Positions 29,013 to 38,506 of a stretch of DNA of 64,000 nucleotides are shown one piece after another; position 1 is the first letter of the stretch, and each line of letters opens with the position of its first letter. The notes below the pieces were generated by a model. That model saw only the letters and a list, made by a program, of their open reading frames with translations, was not told the origin of the DNA and searched no databases. The position numbers were made by a program, and so were the translations under genes. The stretch is from an uncultured Acidobacteriota bacterium (GTDB lineage Bacteria > Acidobacteriota > Vicinamibacteria > Vicinamibacterales > CAVVIG01): the NCBI GenBank assembly GCA_963734375.1, contig CAVTHG010000003.1, positions 707,385-771,384 on the forward strand, given 5' to 3'.

Positions 29013-31128
29013 GCGGTGGCCTCGTCGAGAAGCGAGAACAGCTCGAAGGGGCCCATGCCTCGCACATCGGCGCTCGTCGCCGAACCGAAGGGGACGAGAT
29101 CGCGCACGCGCTCGTAGACGGCGCGCGTGACCCGGATCGACGTCTTGCCGTCGGACTCGATGCCCCTCGCCAGCTTCACGGTGTCGCCCCACAGGTCGTA
29201 GATGAACTTGCGCCGGCCGACCAGGCCGCCGATGACCGGCCCGGCGTTGATGCCGATCTCGGCGACCAGCCGCACGCCGCGCTCGGCGTTGAAGCGCTTG
29301 ACGATGCGCACGACCTCGCGAGCGAAGTCGACCATGCGCGCGGTGTGGTCGGGGCGTTCCACCGACAATCCCGAGACGGCGAGATAGGAGGAGCCGATGG
29401 TGCGGACCTTCTCCACGCCGTGCTGCTCGGCCGCCTCGTCGCACGCGGCCACGATGTCGCTGAGCAGCGCCATCGAGGCGTCCTCACCGAGCTCGGGTGA
29501 CAGCGACTCGAACCCGACGAGGTTGACGTACGCCACGGTCACGTCCGCGAACGACTGGCGCGCCTCGGCATTGCCGTCGCGCACATGGGCCGCGCCCGAC
29601 GCTGGGAGAAGGCTCACAAGGAGCCGCTCGTTCTCGAGCACCTGGCGGTCCAGCTCCGCGCGGCTGGTGCGAAGACTGGCCACCATTTCGTTGAACGCTT
29701 CGGCCAGCTCGCGGTACTCGTCGGTGGCGACCACCTCGACTCTGACGTCGAGCGCACCCTGGCTCACTCGCTTGGCCGCCCGCACCAGCGCGCTGATCGG
29801 CCGCGTCAGAACTTTGGCCAGCAGCAGCGCCATGACCGTGGCGAGCAGCGAGAGGCCGACGCCCCAAATGACCACGCGCCTCGCATAATCACCGAGCGGT
29901 GCCATCGCCTCGGCCTCGTCGATCTTCGCGACGACGCCCCACCGCAGCGAATCCAGGTCGACCGGCCCGTAGGCCATCAAGGCCGGAACGCCACGGTAGT
30001 CGTCGATCGCTGTCACGCCCCTCTCGCCTCGAAGCGACGCCCTCGCCGCCTCGTGCTCCACCGGAACGGTGAGGATGGTCGTGCCGAGCTTTTCGACCGT
30101 GTCGACGACGCGACTCGTGACGGTTGATCGACGCAATGTCGCGAGGAACGCGGCCCGATCCTCGATCAGGAAGCGCGAATCGGTCCGCATCGTCTGATCG
30201 GGGCCGAGGAGGTAGACCTCGCCCGTCTTCCCGAGCCCCTCCGCCTCCCATTGCTGATTACCCGACAGAGCGTTGCTGATCGGCTCGATCGGCAATCGGA
30301 GCACCATGATCGCGATCATGCGCGGACCGTCGAAGACCGGCGTGCCGACAAAGGCTTTCGGATCGCCAAGGGCCGGATAGTACGCCTCGAAATCGGCCAC
30401 CCGGTAGTCGTCCACGTTCTGCGAATTGCGCAGGCTCAGCACGAGCCTCGACATCTTGCTCGCCGCATAGGGACCGTTGACGAGATTGGTGCCGAGAACG
30501 GAGGACTGTTCGAGACTGAAGAACACGTCGAGCGTCTCGGGGTCCACCAGGGTGAGGTTTCCCTGCTCGAGCCGATCGATGGCGCCCTGTAGTTCGGTCA
30601 ACACGCGCGGCGACCGCCTGCGCGTACGGGCTCCTGTCTGTGGCCGAGCGGTTGATACGTCTCGTCCCGTACGGCTTCGGCCCGGTCGCGAGGTAGTGGT
30701 AGTGGAGGTACCAGCCGGTCGGCGTCGTCGGCAGGAGGCTGCCTTCGGGCGGCTCAATCGCCGCATGTTTGGTCAGCGCCGGCACGAACTCGTCGTTGTA
30801 GAAACGTCTGACTTCGGTCTGCATCTCCGCGGTGACGGGCTCTCGGGCGAGCTGCCGGTACGCCGCCAACAGTTCCCGGGCGGCGTTGCGTCGTGATACT
30901 CGATGCCGACAGGCTCAGGGCCTCATTGCGCGCAGACCTGAGGATGTTCTGGACCATCGCGGTCTTCGATCGCTGCAGGCCCATGAGCTCGCGCTCGGAG
31001 GCCGCCCGAAGACTCTGGCCCGCGCTGACATACCCGATCAACGACACCACGCCGACGGTCACCAGCGTCAGCAGGACGAAGGCGGCGATCAGCTTCGACT
31101 GAACGCTGAGCGAGCGGGCGGAGAACAT
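29009..31128 (-). pseudogene. Membrane adenylate/guanylate cyclase (TM, extracytoplasmic Cache-like sensor, TM, HAMP, class III cyclase) with 2 frame breaks in the sensor region
   Basis: The N-terminus MFSARSLSVQSKLIAAFVLLTLVTVGVVSLIGY is in ORF 30754..31128. It continues in 30258..30869 (YRQLAREPVTAEMQTEVRRFYNDEFVPAL) and then in 29009..30766. The last part holds HAMP (LTRPISALVRAAKRVSQGALD..FNEMV) and cyclase text (VTVAYVNLVGFESL, KVRTIGSSYLAVSGL, GPVIGGLVGRRKFIYDLWGDTVKLA). Confidence 0.85.
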
Positions 31129-31148
31129 TGATGCAGTGCCGCCCTTCG

Positions 31149-31164
31149 AGCAAGAAGGCCGCCA
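31149..31164 (-). promoter_or_regulatory. Candidate sigma-54 promoter for the cyclase / cNMP-MscS operon
   Basis: The minus strand reads TGGCGGCCTTCTTGCT, with an exact TTGCT -12 element and correct spacing. It lies about 22 nt upstream of the cyclase ATG (31128). Confidence 0.35.
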
Positions 31165-31319
31165 CGACGGCCCGAGGGCAGCATCCGGCCTTGATCCTGT
31201 GGGATACCACCGGCTGTGATCGGGTTCACCACCTGCGGTGAGGGGATGTCGCGCGTCGCGCCGGGTGCTGGTGAACGCGATGCCGGCCGGCCGGCACGGA
31301 TGTTGAGAGGCCCTTCCGC

Positions 31320-32216
31320 ATGGCCTACAAGCGCAAGGACCGGGTGAACGCGATCGAGAAGCTCGCGGTCCGTCCCAAAGGCAAAGTGTCGATGGACGAC
31401 TTCGACCCCGGCTACACCTGGAAAGGCGTGAAGAAGGAGAACGCGAAGCAGTTGCTGAGCGACGGCGTCCTGCGGCTGGCGGCGCTGCAGGACAAGTTCT
31501 ACGCGCAGGACACCTACTCGCTGCTGATCGTCCTGCAGGCGATGGACGCCGCCGGCAAGGACGGCACGATCCGCCACGTCATGTCGGGCCTCAACCCGCA
31601 GGGGTGTCAGGTCTACAGCTTCAAGGGCCCCTCGGCCGAAGAACGCGATCACGACTATCTCTGGCGGTCGATGAAGGCGCTGCCCGAGCGCGGCCGGATT
31701 GGCATCCACAACCGCTCCTACTACGAAGAAGTGCTCGTCACCCGGGTCCACCCGCACATCCTCGAGTCGCAGCAGCTCCCGGCCGACCGAAAGCGCAACG
31801 GGATCTGGAAGGAGCGCTACGAGCAGATCAACAACTTCGAGGACTACCTCGTCGACAACGGCGTGATCGTGCTCAAGTTCTTCCTGAACGTGTCGCGCAA
31901 GGAGCAGAAGCGCCGGTTCATGGAGCGGCTCGATCGGCCGGAGAAGAACTGGAAGTTCTCCGTCAACGACGTGAAGGAGCGGGCCTTCTGGAGAGACTAC
32001 ATGAAGGCCTACGAAGACGTGTTGTCGCACACCAGCACCAAGCGGGCGCCGTGGTACGTGATTCCCGCCGACAACAAGTGGTTCGCTCGCCTCGCCGTCG
32101 GCACCATCATCTACACCACGCTCGAGGGACTCGACTTGCAGTACCCCAAGGTCGGCAAGGAAAAGAAGCAGGAACTGCTGGCGGCGCGGGCGCTGCTCGA
32201 AGCGGAGAAGGACTGA
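31320..32216 (+). CDS. ppk2: Polyphosphate kinase 2 (PPK2) family, polyphosphate:nucleotide phosphotransferase
   Basis: Intact 298-aa ORF with LIVLQAMDAAGKDGTIRHV, DYLWR, IHNRSYYEEV, KFFLNVSRKEQKRRF and PWYVIPADNKW. Confidence 0.85.
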   Translation: MAYKRKDRVNAIEKLAVRPKGKVSMDDFDPGYTWKGVKKENAKQLLSDGVLRLAALQDKFYAQDTYSLLIVLQAMDAAGKDGTIRHVMSGLNPQGCQVYSFKGPSAEERDHDYLWRSMKALPERGRIGIHNRSYYEEVLVTRVHPHILESQQLPADRKRNGIWKERYEQINNFEDYLVDNGVIVLKFFLNVSRKEQKRRFMERLDRPEKNWKFSVNDVKERAFWRDYMKAYEDVLSHTSTKRAPWYVIPADNKWFARLAVGTIIYTTLEGLDLQYPKVGKEKKQELLAARALLEAEKD

Positions 32217-33422
32217 TGGTCCGTCTGGCCTTCGTCGTCGTTCTCGCGTTGCTGCTCGACGCCTCGCGCGCCACCGCTCAGGAGAGCCGGCAGCAGGTGC
32301 TCGAGCAGGAAAAGGCCGCCAAGGCCGCGGCCGTCGCTCCCTACGAGCCGAACAAGGCCGAGAAAATCTTCAATTGGGCGATGGATTCGTTCCTGCTGGC
32401 GCCGCAGGGATTTCTCCCGCTCATCACCAGCATGCCGAAGGGCGACAACGTGTTCCATGGCGGCGGCATCGCCCTGGGCGCGATGTACCGCGGCTTCCTC
32501 GGCGACCATGCCGGATGGTCGGCCACGGGGCTGTTCAGCGTTCCGGGCTACACACACGTCGACGTGTCCGCCGATGCGCTCCGCCTCGCGCACGGCCGTC
32601 TCGCCGTGCGTGGCGGCGGCGGCTTTACCAGCGGCGCGCAAATCCCCTTCTACGGCGTCGGCGCCGGATCGTCGGTCGATAATGCGACGAATTTCGGCGT
32701 CGAGATGGGCTACGTCGGTGGGGAGGTTCGCGCCCGTCCGGTGCCGTGGGTCGTCCTCGGCGCCAGTGCCGCGCTCGAGGATTTCACGACCAAGGAAGGC
32801 AGCGGCGCGGATCCGTCGATCGAGACGCTGTTCAACGCCGCCACGGCCCCGGGTCTCGCAGTCTGCACCCAGATACGTGCACGCCGTCGCGTCCGCGGGC
32901 ATCGACTCGCGTCCGGCGGCGGGGTATGCGCGACGCGGCGGCCTCTACGAGATCCGGTACCACGATTATCGCGATACCGACGACACCTACACCTTCAGCC
33001 GCGTCGACGCCGAGGCCATCCAGCACATCCCGATCCTGCGTGAGAACTGGGTGATCTCCCTGCGGGGCCGGGTGCAGACGACGCTCGACGATGCCGACGT
33101 CGTACCGCACTTTCTCCTGCCGATGCTCGGCAGCGGCGAGTCGCTGCGAGCCTTTGGCACGGCGCGCTTCCACGACCGCCACAGCATGCTTGTGCAGGCG
33201 GAGTGGCGGTGGATCCCCAACCGCTCGTTCATGGACATGGCGTTGTTCTACGACGCGGGGAAAGTGGCGGCCAATCGAAGCGCGTTGGACTTCGATGGCC
33301 TGGAGCACGACTTCGGAGTGGGCCTCCGGTTCCACGGCCCGCTCACGACGCCGCTGCGGATGGACCTGGCGAAGGGTCGCGAAGGCTTCCGCATCGTCTG
33401 GGGCGGCTCGGCGGTCTTCTGA
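32216..33422 (+). pseudogene. Omp85/bacterial-surface-antigen (D15)-like outer-membrane beta-barrel protein with one frame break near 32862
   Basis: ATG 32216 overlaps the PPK2 stop (TGATG). The signal peptide is MVRLAFVVVLALLLDASRATAQ. The text runs in the frame of 31604..33043 to ..NAATAPGLA. It then continues in ORF 32457..33422 (YVHAVASAGIDSRPAAGYARRGGLYEIRY.. to ..GLRFHGPLTTPLRMDLAKGREGFRIVWGGSAVF*). The terminal Phe is typical of OMPs. Confidence 0.65.
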
Positions 33423-33483
33423 CGACCGTGCCGTTCGGCGTAGTGCGTTCGCCGTTCGAGGTCGACTTTTACGAGGAGTTCCA

Positions 33484-35148
33484 GTGCGCGCACGTTCTCT
33501 AGTTCACGCGGTCGCGATTGTCCCGCTCGCCGCGATCGTCATGCTGGCGCTCATCGATCCGCTGGCGGCAAACGATCGCAGGTTCTACAACGACGACCCG
33601 ATTGCGACCGAGCCCGATCCGGGCGACGCCAGCGGCGTGCAGCCGTGGGACATCGATCTCATCTGGGATCTCAGCTACAACACGTTCGCGAGGCCGGGCG
33701 ACCCGACGCCGAACGTGCGCGCGCGCAGCATCAACACGATCGATGAGGTGCCCGATTCGAGCTGGTTCACCAACCGCATCCTCGCCCGCAGCGTGTCGAC
33801 CGACGAGGCGGCGCGCGGTCCGCTGACCGGAGACGGGCCGGCCCCCGGCCGGTGGACGGTGATCGCGCGCAAATCAGCAGGCGCAGCGCCGGGCTTCACC
33901 GTGCGCGATCCGCGCGACCAGGTCTGGTTCATCAGCTTCGACGGCGCGGGGCATCCCGAGGCGGCCACCGGCGCGCTGCTCGTCGCCAACAAGATCTTCT
34001 GGACGCTCGGGTACTGGCAGGTGGAGAACTACCTGACCACCGTGCGGCTCGACAACCTCGACATCGCCGAAACGGCGACCTTCGAAGTGCGAACTGGCCA
34101 CAAGCGCCAGGTGCGGATCGGCGACCTCAAGGAGGTGTTCGCTCGCGCGCACCGCAACGCCGACGGCAGCTATCGCGCGGTCGCCGCCCGGGCCATCCCC
34201 GGCACGCCGCTCGGCGGTTTCCGCTATCACGGCACGCGTCCGGACGATCCGAACGACGTCGTGCCGCACGAGCACCGGCGAGAGCTGCGGGCGCTGAAAG
34301 TCTTCGGGGCGTGGGTCAACCTCACCGATATGAAAGCGGGCAACACGCTGGATACGAGGGTGACCGAGAACGGGCGCACGATTGTCCGCCACTACCTCCA
34401 GGACGTCGGGTCGGCGCTCGGGTCGGGCGCGCTCGAGCCTCACGAACCGGACGACGGCTGGGAGTATCTGTACGAAGGCGACAAGCTGATGAAGCGGCTC
34501 GTCAGCTTCGGCTTCTACATCCAGCCGTGGCAGACCGCCCGCTACGAGGAGTACGTGGCCGCCGGCCGCTTCGAAGGCGACGCGTTCGACCCGACCACAT
34601 GGCGTCCGCGTACGCCCTCGGGCGCGTTCGTGCGCGCCAGGCCCGACGACACGTTCTGGGCGGCACGCCGGGTCCAGGCGTTCACGCCCGAGATGATTCG
34701 CGCCATCGTCAAGAGCGGCGCCTACAGCGACCCGGACGCGGAGCGGCACATCGCCGACACGCTGATCAAGCGGCGCGACAAGGTCGTCGCCGCCTATCTG
34801 CCGGCGATCAACCCGCTGGTCAACTTCGCGCTCGCAGAGAACGGCACGCTGACGTTCGAGAACGCCGCGGTCGCGGCGAATACGGCGACGCAACCGTCTG
34901 GCGGCTATACGGCGCGATGGGCGTCGTTCGACAACGCCACGGGCGCGACGCAACCGGTCGGCGAAACGAGCGCGGCGGTCACGACGCTCGCGCCGCCACC
35001 GGGGTTGGGCGCGACCGCCGGCGGATTCGTGCAGGTCGCCATCACCGCTGTCGATCAGCGTTATCCCTCCTGGGCCGCGCCGGTCACGGTGCACTTCAAA
35101 CGCGAGCCGCAGGGCTGGAAGCTGGTCGGCGTCGAACGTCTGCCATGA
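33484..35148 (+). CDS. Exported protein of unknown function with a protein/lipid-kinase-like catalytic-loop motif
   Basis: GTG 33484 (GAGGAG 8 nt upstream) lies inside ORF 33091..35148. The signal/anchor is AVAIVPLAAIVMLALI. Conserved-looking blocks are NTIDEVPDSSWFTNR, VWFISFDGAGHPEAATGALLVANKIFWTLGYW and LKVFGAWVNLTDMKAGNTLD..HYLQDVGSALG (D-x-K-x-x-N then D-x-G). Confidence 0.6.
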   Translation: MRARSLVHAVAIVPLAAIVMLALIDPLAANDRRFYNDDPIATEPDPGDASGVQPWDIDLIWDLSYNTFARPGDPTPNVRARSINTIDEVPDSSWFTNRILARSVSTDEAARGPLTGDGPAPGRWTVIARKSAGAAPGFTVRDPRDQVWFISFDGAGHPEAATGALLVANKIFWTLGYWQVENYLTTVRLDNLDIAETATFEVRTGHKRQVRIGDLKEVFARAHRNADGSYRAVAARAIPGTPLGGFRYHGTRPDDPNDVVPHEHRRELRALKVFGAWVNLTDMKAGNTLDTRVTENGRTIVRHYLQDVGSALGSGALEPHEPDDGWEYLYEGDKLMKRLVSFGFYIQPWQTARYEEYVAAGRFEGDAFDPTTWRPRTPSGAFVRARPDDTFWAARRVQAFTPEMIRAIVKSGAYSDPDAERHIADTLIKRRDKVVAAYLPAINPLVNFALAENGTLTFENAAVAANTATQPSGGYTARWASFDNATGATQPVGETSAAVTTLAPPPGLGATAGGFVQVAITAVDQRYPSWAAPVTVHFKREPQGWKLVGVERLP

Positions 35149-35167
35149 GCGAAATCGGGTTGCCGCG

Positions 35168-36850
35168 GTGCGTGTGATCCTCGCGCTGATTGCCGGCGTC
35201 CTCTCGCTGGCTGGCCGGCGCTGCCGGTGCAGGCGCAGGAGCCCGCCGAGCCCTTCGGCCGAGCAGGCGCCGCTCGTCGAGATCGACACGGCGTCGGTGC
35301 GGCTCGACGGACGCGTCGCTCTTTCGTGTCCGTGGCGTGTCGTCGCTGGATGCGGCGACGAGAGCGCGCGCCATCGCGGAACGGATCGAAGCCGTCGCGG
35401 CCGATCGTTCGGTCGGCGTCGACACGCTTCAGGTCATCGAAGTCGACGGCCTGTTGAGGATTGTCGCCGGCGACCGTCCGATCATGGCCATCGCCCCCGC
35501 CGACGCCCGGCTCGAACAGGTGTTGCCGGCGACGCTGGCGGTGACACACCTCGACCGGATCCGCAGCAGCATCGTCGACTATCGCGCCGACCGATCGAAA
35601 GCGAGTGCTCCAGCCCGCTGTACTGCGCACCGCTGGCGCCGCGCTGTTGTCGATCATGCTTGCCGCACTCGTCGTCTACGGCACTTACCGGATCGCCCGC
35701 ATCGCCGACGGCCGTCTCCAGCGCAAGATCGGCAGGATCGGCATCAAGAACTACGAGCTCGTCCGGCAAGAACGCGTCCGCGACGTGTTCAGGGGACTTC
35801 TGCGCGGCGTCGCCGGTCTCGTGCTCCTGGCAATCACTCTGGCGTTCCTGAGTTACTCGCTGGGGCAGTTCCCGTGGACCCGCGGCACGTCGGCCGGCCT
35901 GGTCTCGCTGGTCGTCGGGCCGCTGCAGACGATGGCGCAGGGCGTGGTACGGCAGATCCCCAATCTGATCTTCCTCGCGATTTTCTTTGTCGTCGTCCGA
36001 TTCATATTGCGGATGACGCGGCTCTTGTTCGAGGGGATCGGTCGCGGCTTCGTGACATTCGCGAACTTCGAACCGGAATGGGCGGCACCGACCTACAAAA
36101 TTGCGCGCCTGGCGATCGTCGCCTTCGCCATCGTCGTCGCCTACCCGTACGTGCCTGGCTCGGACTCCGACGCCTTCAAAGGCGTGTCGCTGTTTGTCGG
36201 CGTGCTCCTCTCGCTCGGCTCGTCGTCGGCGATCGCCAATGTCATCGCCGGCTACTCGCTGACGTATCGGCGGGCGTTCAAAATCGGCGATCGCGTCAAG
36301 ATCGGCGGCCTCGTCGGCGACGTGACCGACCAGAAATTGCAGGTGACCCGTCTCCGTTCGCCGAAGAACGAGGAATTCGTCATCCCGAACTCGCAGATCC
36401 TGAACGGGGATGTCGTCAACTACAGCACGCTGGCGCACACGCACGGCCTGATTCTCCATACCGACGTCGGCATCGGCTACGAGACACCGTGGCGCCAGGT
36501 GGAAGCGATGCTGCTGATGGCGGCGGACGCGACTCCTGGCATGCTCCGCGAGCCGCGCCCGTTCGTGTTGCAGAAAGCGCTTGGCGATTTCGCGGTGACC
36601 TATGAGTTGAACGTCGTACTGCGACAACCCGCATGCGATGGCGGCGCTCTACACCGCGCTTCATCGCCAGGTGCTCGACGTCTTCAACCAGTACGGCGTC
36701 CAGATCATGACGCCGGCGTACGAGGGCGATCCGGCGACGCCCAAGGTGGTTCCGCCAGATCTCTGGCACCTTGCGCCCGCCGCGGTGGCCGCGTCGGCGT
36801 CGGCGATGCCCGCCGCGCCCGGCCCGGCCTCGTCGGCGCCGCGGGTCTGA
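35168..36850 (+). pseudogene. MscS-family mechanosensitive channel with a long N-terminal extracytoplasmic domain and about 5 frame breaks
   Basis: The text hops frames: VRVILALIAGVLSLAG / QAQEPAEP / SAEQAPLVEIDTASVRLDGRVAL / FRVRGVSSLDAATRARAIAERIEAV..IVDYRADRS / ORF 35605.. (..GVSLFVGVLLSLGSSSAIANVIAGYSLTYRRAFKIGDRVKIGGLVGDV..) / ORF 36638..36850 (AALYTALHRQVLDVFNQYGVQIMTPAYE). Confidence 0.8.
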
Positions 36851-37056
36851 CGCGAACCATGAAAATGTCGCGCCCACAGGGCGCCGGAGCTCGCCCCGCC
36901 GACGTCACCGTATGTTGTTACCGTGCTCTCGGCGAGTGGCAACAGAGGCACGACGGATGGCCGAGATGCGATGCGAAACGAATGTTTTCAGGCATTTGAC
37001 GTCGACCGCCGTCGACTCGAGGTGGTCCGTCGATTGCGTTTTGCACGACGGGATGC

Positions 37057-37146
37057 GGCGGCCCTGAAGGGCCGCCCTACAGGGGCGTACAGGGCAGCGG
37101 CGGCCCTGAAGGGCCGCCCTACAGGCGGGCTACGGGGCCGCCCTAC
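37057..37146. repeat. REP family A cluster in opposite orientation, 2 full copies and 1 partial
   Basis: ggcggccctgaagggccgccctac occurs at 37057 and 37099, and ggggccgccctac at 37134. Confidence 0.85.
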
Positions 37147-37250
37147 TGTCAATGTTGCCACTCGCTCTAATCACGAGGGCGGTGCAAGATACGGCGGCAG
37201 CCCTGGAGGGCTGCGCTATAGCAGCCATCGTCTTGAAAAGGAGCATTGGA

Positions 37251-37886
37251 ATGAAGTGCACGATCGCCGCATGGTTCATGGCCGGTGCGCTGGCCGCGGT
37301 CGCGATCGCGGTGCCCGCCGGGGCGCAGCAGTCGGTCGCGCCGAGCGCCGACGACAAGGTCACGATCAACGGCTGGGCGCTGAACATGAGCAACATCGCC
37401 ACCGGCGCCAACCAGTCGATTCGAATCAACATCGACAAGTGGTCGAGCCCGTCGCAGCGCCAGCATCTGATCGACACGTTTCTCGCCAAGAAGCAGGATG
37501 GGCTGCTCAGTGCGCTCGAGAAGCAGCCCGAGATGGGACGGTTCAATTTTCCGGGCTACATGGGCCCGGATCCGAATAATGTCATGCGCCTGGGCACCGA
37601 CATCCGCTACGCGATGAATTTCGCCGGCGAGGATGGCGGGCGCCGCATCGTCATCATCACGCCGCGCGTCATCGGCTTCCGCGAGGCGGCCAACCAGCCC
37701 CGCACCGTCGACTATCCCTTCACGCTGTTCGAGATGCGGTTCAACGGCGCCGGCAAGGGCGAGGGCAAGATGGCGTACGAGACGCAGATCAATTTCGACA
37801 AGAAGAAGAACACCGTCGAGCTCGAGAACTACTCGAGCGAACCGGTCCGCCTGAACAACCTCGAGCTCGAAGTGAGGAAGAAGTAG
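37251..37886 (+). CDS. Secreted protein of unknown function, paralogous to 7641..8204
   Basis: ATG 37251 is preceded by AAAAGGAGC. The signal peptide is MKCTIAAWFMAGALAAVAIAVPAGAQQ. The TAG stop abuts the next ATG (37887). Confidence 0.65.
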   Translation: MKCTIAAWFMAGALAAVAIAVPAGAQQSVAPSADDKVTINGWALNMSNIATGANQSIRINIDKWSSPSQRQHLIDTFLAKKQDGLLSALEKQPEMGRFNFPGYMGPDPNNVMRLGTDIRYAMNFAGEDGGRRIVIITPRVIGFREAANQPRTVDYPFTLFEMRFNGAGKGEGKMAYETQINFDKKKNTVELENYSSEPVRLNNLELEVRKK

Positions 37887-38468
37887 ATGACCCCACGCGC
37901 CGGATTCACGCTCCTCGCGACCCTCGTCGCGATCGTCGTCGGCGTCCAGTCCGGCGCGGCGAAGGTCAAGGTTCGCGCCGACTTCAACAAGGCGTTCGCG
38001 TTCGCGCAGGCGAAGACCTGGGGATGGAATCCCAAAGGACCCGGGGACATCATGATGGCCCGGACGCCGGGCGATGATCCCGCGGAAACCAAACGCCAGG
38101 CCGAGCCGGTGATCATGAACGCGGTCGCGGCCGAGATGCCGAAGCGCGGCCTCGCAACGGCGACCGCGGCTCCGGATCTCACGCTCACCTACTTCCTGCT
38201 CCTGACGATGGGCAGCTCCGCGCAGACGGTCGGCCAGTTCCTGCCCACGACGACCGCCTGGGCGCTGCCGCCCTTCGTCGCCTCCACGCAGTCGCTCGAA
38301 TTCATCGAGCAGGGGGCGCTGGTGCTCGATTTGAGCGCCAACGGCGAGGTCGTGTGGCGGGGCGTCGGCGAGGCGCAGATCAAGATGGACCTCGACCAGA
38401 ACAAGCGCGTCGCGCTCGTCAACGAAGCGGTCCGGGAGATCCTCGGGCGCTATCCGCCGAAAAAGTAG
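37887..38468 (+). CDS. DUF4136-like lipoprotein / secreted protein
   Basis: 193-aa ORF with an N-terminal signal. The layout KVKVRADFNKAFAFAQAKTWGW..LTLTYFLLLT..GALVLDLSANGEVVWRGVGE..REILGRYPPKK is like DUF4136 proteins. A second copy is at 45975. Confidence 0.55.
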   Translation: MTPRAGFTLLATLVAIVVGVQSGAAKVKVRADFNKAFAFAQAKTWGWNPKGPGDIMMARTPGDDPAETKRQAEPVIMNAVAAEMPKRGLATATAAPDLTLTYFLLLTMGSSAQTVGQFLPTTTAWALPPFVASTQSLEFIEQGALVLDLSANGEVVWRGVGEAQIKMDLDQNKRVALVNEAVREILGRYPPKK

Positions 38469-38506
38469 CCGCGGTGTCGTCCCGGCACGGGATGGAGTGA
38501 CCTCCT

